Below are positions 29,501 to 32,658 of a stretch of 32,658 nucleotides of DNA, piece after piece (positions within the stretch are counted from its first letter, which is position 1; each line of letters begins with the position of its first letter). The notes under the pieces are model-generated. The model made no database searches. It had not been told where the DNA came from and saw nothing but the letters and a program-made list of their open reading frames with translations. The translations under genes and the position numbers were made by a program. The stretch spans positions 1 through 32,658 of the forward strand of contig JAUVLL010000003.1 of NCBI GenBank assembly GCA_030600745.1. The letters run 5' to 3'. This DNA comes from Spirochaetaceae bacterium (GTDB lineage: Bacteria > Spirochaetota > Spirochaetia > B11-G9).

Positions 29501-29769
29501 ATAAGGCTGTCAAATGGAATATCCCTAAGCTCCTGAACAGCCTTTTCAATATTGGCATCGGAGAATGTATGTGTCTTACCTTTAAATGTGAAAGAGTTAA
29601 TTTTATGCAGCTGTTTCTTAAGTATTGTATCCAGAACCGGTTGACTGAATTTATCGCTGCGAAGCTTCCTGGCAACCGATGGCGGGATATATTCATAACC
29701 CAGATTTATGAGCTGATGGAGAGCTGGAATTAGTGAGATAAAGTCTTCCTGGTATTCTGATACAGACAT
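26575..29769 (-). CDS. hsdR: Type I restriction endonuclease subunit R
   Basis: RRPDIIVFVNGIPLAVIECK nuclease motif, WHTTGSGKS Walker A, VDESHRSQ, GFTGTP, LLTGFDAP, LQAIARVNR. Confidence 0.97.
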   Translation of the reverse strand: MSVSEYQEDFISLIPALHQLINLGYEYIPPSVARKLRSDKFSQPVLDTILKKQLHKINSFTFKGKTHTFSDANIEKAVQELRDIPFDSLITTNEQVYDLITLGKSFEQTIAGYTRSFSLKYIDWENPQENVFHVCDEFIIERRHSNQTRRPDIIVFVNGIPLAVIECKRPDKKNSIKEGISQHIRNQSADEIPHLFVYSQLLFSLSQNQAMYGTAGTPLKFWSVWKEDYSNEDKKRLNHSINKKLDGENIQYLFNERDDWQKNKMLEIMSAGKRIPSVQDKTIFSLLKPKRLLEITHSYVVYDNKIKKVPRYQQYFAIKDTIIRITNVAGDSLRPGGVIWHTTGSGKSITMVLLAKAISLNPSIIDPKVILVTDRVDLDDQIYKTFKNCGKEVKKATSGENLFRLIEQNKANIITTIIDKFEAGLRKNKLKSESRNIFVLVDESHRSQYGVANASMKRVFPNACYIGFTGTPLLKKEKSTAAKFGGFIHSYSMNQAVTDGAVTRLIYEGRMSELRGDKKQIDKWFERIAKDLTEDQKIDLKKKFRREEELTKSEERLQEIAYDIIQHFTTDYKNSGLKGQFAVSSRQEAIKYKKYFDDFGGLSTAVIMSPPDTREDHSEVDEADIPEVQRFWKSMMDQFGSAKVYQDTLIERFKKSDEPGIIIVIDKLLTGFDAPRNAVLYIDKRLKEHNILQAIARVNRLYDGKEYGLIIDYRGVFGQLNDAIELYKALEEEGFDREDVDGIITNVLEEIGKLAQYHTNVREVFNSVKNKSDTEAMQLHLEPEDTRQKFYDSLRVFANTLRLALGNARFHEDTSLASIQRYKDDLKMFLSLRNTVKQRYGETVDYSSYEVQIRNMVNKYIGAKIVKQIVEPVDLFNIEDFEREIGGVEGDAAKADTIAARMRKTIHDKMQEDPLLYKKLSEIINAAIAEHRAKRLSDANYLNRIREAMDEMRTKGSSDIPDKLKQHESARPYYRVVLEELPDGMVKETAPAYLGADAAVKIDTIIKNLEKRDWVHDPGVHNQMFNDIEDYLLQIKGNFDLKWSYEVIDRIIEQTLEIAKSREL

Positions 29770-29810
29770 TGATGCTCCCTTTATTAAATAGTTTGATTCT
29801 CTGTAAATTT

Positions 29811-29819
29811 AGTATAACA
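29811..29819 (-). promoter_or_regulatory. Possible extended -10 promoter of hsdR
   Basis: TGtTATACT about 40 nt upstream of the hsdR ATG; AAGGGAG RBS. Confidence 0.45.
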
Positions 29820-29844
29820 AAGAGGTATATTATTATCATTCATT

Positions 29845-30333
29845 TTATTCCGGAAGTAAATCATAAAAATCTTCCAGGATTTTTGAACTTATTTCTCTGT
29901 TTGTTTCTGATATCTTGTTTGCGATTGTTTTTGCTCTTCTTTTAGATATTAAACCGGTTTCAACCAATTCAGCTATTAACTTCAATCCTCTAACCACTTC
30001 AATCCCGTTATTCAAGCATTCTTTACGTAGTTTACTGTCATTTGTTGCACAAATCCAGTTATTTTTATGCGCTAGAATGAAACAAACTGTATCCTGCAGA
30101 GAACAACCCTGTAAGGTTTCTCCAGCTTTCGCCAACACTTCAATAGGGACAGGAATAACTGTTATTCCAAACTCAGACGCTTCCATCTCACTTAGTTGAT
30201 TGACCTCAGCTAAAATAATATCTGGTACAATAAATTTCGAATAAATACTTACTTTTTCCAGTACTTGTTTATCAGCATTACAATAATCTATCAAAATATT
30301 TGCATCACATATTATAATTTTCTCTTTCCTCAA
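29845..30333 (-). CDS. PIN-domain protein (putative RNase toxin)
   Basis: IICDANILID, LAEV, SLQD, ATNDSKLR acidic PIN residues; 4-bp overlap with the upstream gene. Confidence 0.82.
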   Translation of the reverse strand: MRKEKIIICDANILIDYCNADKQVLEKVSIYSKFIVPDIILAEVNQLSEMEASEFGITVIPVPIEVLAKAGETLQGCSLQDTVCFILAHKNNWICATNDSKLRKECLNNGIEVVRGLKLIAELVETGLISKRRAKTIANKISETNREISSKILEDFYDLLPE

Positions 30334-31454
30334 AGGCAGACCTTCCAGCTGTTATTAAGCTCACGTATTTCGTCTAATGACAGCTTTAAAATTTCAGCAG
30401 CTCTATTCAGAGAGATCTCTTCTTTTTCATAAGCTTCTCTTACCATCTTATACAGTCTGTCTTCCACGAAATCATATGAAGATAAAGGATCCGGTTCTTT
30501 TTCTTTGTCTTCTGCTAATGACAAAGGCTCATAATGGTTCTTCAGTGATATCTTATACTTTTTCTTAACAGCCTGAGTAAATTGTGGATATACTTGTCTC
30601 TGGTCTAAATCAAAGTGAGAAATAAATCTATAGAGTACAGTTTTATAACTTACACGGTATTTTCTTTTAATATGAAGAACAGCATCCACCCAATGTAATC
30701 CTTTGGATTCATCCCATTCACGCAGGAAACCTTCTTCTGGCATAAGAAAATAGCCGGCAAAGATGTTGGCTTCTTTTTCTTCGCTATCCATTTCATCTTT
30801 TTCTTTTTGATCATAGGAATCAGAATGTATTAGCAGGTGTCCCAACTCATGAACAACAGTAAATATTCGCCTTTCAATGCTAATTACTTCCGATATATTT
30901 ACTGCAATAGCAGGACCGCCATCCTGCTGTCCTATAGAGAAGCCAAAGAAATTTTTTAAACCAAAGGCAGATAAATGGAATTTAATACCCCACTTTTCCA
31001 GAAGACCAATAACATCAGTTACCGGTTCCATGGTCCCAAGACCGATCATTTTTCTTAATTTATTAGCAACCTTTACAGGATCTTTTTCAGCAATTTCAGG
31101 AAAATCCAGAGGTGCCATTTTTAATAATTCCTGTAAATAATTATAATCCTTCAGCCATTGATCCACATTATATATTATCTGTTCTCTGAGGTTATCCTCT
31201 TGTTTAGTAAGTCTCCGGTTAGTTCGAAAGCGAAGAGACTTAAATTCCGGTGGATCAGCAATAATATCCTTGATATCGACATCCAGAACTTTCGCAAACC
31301 GGATTAAATTTGCAGATTTCGGTTGCGATTTGCTGTTTTCTATGTTGCTGTAGGCAACACGGGATAAACCGCATTTATCAGCCATATCCTGCATATTAAG
31401 ATTATTGGCTTTTCGCAGGCGGTGCAGGTTGGCAGCTATATGTTCAATAGCCAT
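30330..31454 (-). CDS. XRE HTH fused to ImmA/IrrE (DUF955, COG2856) zinc metallopeptidase
   Basis: N-terminal HTH (LRKANNLNMQDMADKCGLSRVAYSNIEN), RRIFTVVHELGH (HExxH), EKEANIFAGYFLMP, YRVS, ISLNRAAEIL. Confidence 0.93.
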   Translation of the reverse strand: MAIEHIAANLHRLRKANNLNMQDMADKCGLSRVAYSNIENSKSQPKSANLIRFAKVLDVDIKDIIADPPEFKSLRFRTNRRLTKQEDNLREQIIYNVDQWLKDYNYLQELLKMAPLDFPEIAEKDPVKVANKLRKMIGLGTMEPVTDVIGLLEKWGIKFHLSAFGLKNFFGFSIGQQDGGPAIAVNISEVISIERRIFTVVHELGHLLIHSDSYDQKEKDEMDSEEKEANIFAGYFLMPEEGFLREWDESKGLHWVDAVLHIKRKYRVSYKTVLYRFISHFDLDQRQVYPQFTQAVKKKYKISLKNHYEPLSLAEDKEKEPDPLSSYDFVEDRLYKMVREAYEKEEISLNRAAEILKLSLDEIRELNNSWKVCL

Positions 31455-31482
31455 GTTTGTTCCCTTTTCTAGTATTATTTTT

Positions 31483-31538
31483 ACTTTACATATTTATACT
31501 ACTATCTATATTGTAAAGTGCTCTTAACGTTAAGTCAA
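31483..31538 (-). promoter_or_regulatory. Promoter of the ImmA/IrrE-PIN operon with overlapping inverted repeats
   Basis: TTGACT (31538-31533), 17 nt, TACAAT (31515-31510); palindrome CTTAACGTTAAG 31523-31534; ACTTTACA (31483-31490) / TGTAAAGT (31512-31519). Confidence 0.75.
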
Positions 31539-31543
31539 GAAAA

Positions 31544-32005
31544 TTATTTATAGATTTCACTCTCAATTTTTCTAATCTGGTGGAGAGTCAGCTTGTGTTT
31601 GTTCTTTTCGAATTGTACGAAAAAGTTTTCCGGTTTATCCATTGATTGGATTAGATTACTTACTGCCTTTGAAGTTAAAGTTCCTTGTTCATAACATTTA
31701 AATGCTAATTCCTCTAATTCAAGTATTTTAGCAAAGGTCTTTTGGTTCGTGCCATATTTTTGTCTGATGGAGATAATCTCCTCAGGAAAGATTATATTCT
31801 CAAGTTTACGATATTCGTTATAACCGTTTGTCAAAGTAAAGCCCATTTGATCCATAGTTGCAAAGTCTTTTCCACAAACAGTACAAAGAGAGAACTCTGC
31901 TTCGGATTCAATTTCTATTCCCCGAATGATATTTTTTTCCATTTTTTTTATAATTTCAATTTCTCGAAATTCTTCGCAATATGGACACATACCGTTCATG
32001 ATCAT
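31544..32005 (-). CDS. MqsA-like zinc-ribbon + HTH antitoxin-type protein, orphan, possibly truncated
   Basis: CPYC...CTVCG, then IIFPEEIISIRQKYGTNQKTFAKIL...YEQG; AGGAG RBS. Confidence 0.78.
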   Translation of the reverse strand: MIMNGMCPYCEEFREIEIIKKMEKNIIRGIEIESEAEFSLCTVCGKDFATMDQMGFTLTNGYNEYRKLENIIFPEEIISIRQKYGTNQKTFAKILELEELAFKCYEQGTLTSKAVSNLIQSMDKPENFFVQFEKNKHKLTLHQIRKIESEIYK

Positions 32006-32046
32006 CTCCTTATAATAACTTTGCTATTGTTATGGATTGAAGTAAG

Positions 32047-32364
32047 TTAAATCTCTTCGGGCTTGTTGCGTATCGAAACTGATAACTCACAATTCAACAC
32101 AGATGAGAATTGAGCCAGAGTTTCTATGGAAAAATTAACTTTTTCGTTCAGTACTCTGGATATATATTTACGGGACTTCCCCATCCTCTTTGCCAGTTCT
32201 ACCTGAGAAATATTCTCTTTTTCTAAAACCCACAAAATATCTTCTACTATCCTCCCTCTGGTATAACTTTCAATAAACTCAGGATCTTTCTCAAGCTCCA
32301 GATCCGGAAGGTGCTTAATCTCTTCAAGTGTTTCTGTTGTAGTTCTTTTAACTTTTTCTTTCAT
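32047..32364 (-). CDS. XRE-family HTH protein (HigA-like antitoxin type), orphan
   Basis: DPEF, ISQVELAKRMGKSRKYISRVLN, NFSIETL. Confidence 0.82.
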   Translation of the reverse strand: MKEKVKRTTTETLEEIKHLPDLELEKDPEFIESYTRGRIVEDILWVLEKENISQVELAKRMGKSRKYISRVLNEKVNFSIETLAQFSSVLNCELSVSIRNKPEEI

Positions 32365-32527
32365 GTGATTGCCTCAGATGGGGAAAAAAAATGGTGCCCC
32401 CAGTTTTGATCAGCGACAATTACTTTTCCCGGCCAGGTATTTTTAATTGTCGCTGATCACAGTTTATCGGTAGGTGAATAGTTGGGAAACGTGATATAAA
32501 ATTTTCTCTATATTCTGATACAGACAC
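32361..32527 (-). pseudogene. Degenerate copy of the first ~35 codons of hsdR
   Basis: 16-bp identity TATTCTGATACAGACA with 29753-29768. After removing the insertion at 32407-32465 it translates VSVSEYRENFISRFPTIHLPINWGHHFFSPSEA versus HsdR MSVSEYQEDFISLIPALHQLINLGYEYIPPSVA (17/33 identical, no gaps). Confidence 0.85.
32401..32465. mobile_element. 53-bp MITE-like insertion with 16-bp perfect terminal inverted repeats and a 6-bp target-site duplication
   Basis: CAGTTT (32401-32406), TGATCAGCGACAATTA (32407-32422), 21-nt core, TAATTGTCGCTGATCA (32444-32459), CAGTTT (32460-32465). Confidence 0.82.
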
Positions 32528-32538
32528 CTAGTTATTCC

Positions 32539-32658
32539 TTATTTATATTCTATGAATGATATTTTTACTTTGAAATCCATCCTATTTAGATTTGAAACAA
32601 ATCCCTTTAGGTTAATTTTTGAAAATAATGGAATTGTAAAATTTCCATATCTATCCTT
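32539..32658 (-). CDS. 3' end of an upstream gene entering from beyond the window; tail reminiscent of TIGR04141/DUF6119-type proteins (tentative)
   Basis: Open frame KDRYGNFTIPLFSKINLKGFVSNLNRMDFKVKISFIEYK-stop; only 39 residues visible, family resemblance is from memory. Confidence 0.45.
   Translation of the reverse strand, partial: KDRYGNFTIPLFSKINLKGFVSNLNRMDFKVKISFIEYK

Noticed and set aside
29770-32460. Integron cassette array or prophage
   Set aside because: No attC-like structures recognised between the genes, and no integrase or phage structural genes.
25681-32526. Shared 9-mer TATTCTGAT at 25681, 25849, 29753 and 32511 as a common att core
   Set aside because: An AT-rich 9-mer can recur by chance, the four sites are already explained as two separate repeat pairs, and no recombinase is present. 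Kept only as a curiosity.

Overview
AT-rich bacterial window, possibly a free-living spirochaete judging by the signal-peptide style of the binding protein (inference). It has two parts. (1) About 1-25.6 kb is a catabolic island of three regulator-linked modules. Module A: LacI, a Liv-type ABC transporter, amidohydrolase, a PreA-like FMN/4Fe-4S enzyme, Gfo/Idh/MocA oxidoreductase, extended KDPG aldolase, a NagB-like protein and a 2-hydroxyacid dehydrogenase, with twin LacI-type operators. Module B: OYE-FeS enzyme, a LacI broken by one in-frame TAA, an orphan SdhA/NadB-like flavoprotein, a UROD-family protein and a divergent SDR. Module C: ROK regulator, Gfo/Idh/MocA oxidoreductase, class III aminotransferase, sugar epimerase, NagA and a second 2-hydroxyacid dehydrogenase. 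(2) About 25.7-32.6 kb is the distal end of a type I restriction-modification locus (hsdR plus YgjP/M48). Upstream of hsdR lie an HTH-ImmA/IrrE + PIN pair and two orphan antitoxin-like genes. The most striking hidden structure is a decayed second copy of the hsdR 5' end at 32361-32527, which together with the intact hsdR start brackets the 2.6 kb cargo. That copy is itself interrupted by a 53-bp element with perfect 16-bp inverted repeats and a 6-bp target duplication. No rRNA, tRNA, CRISPR array, integrase or transposase was seen.
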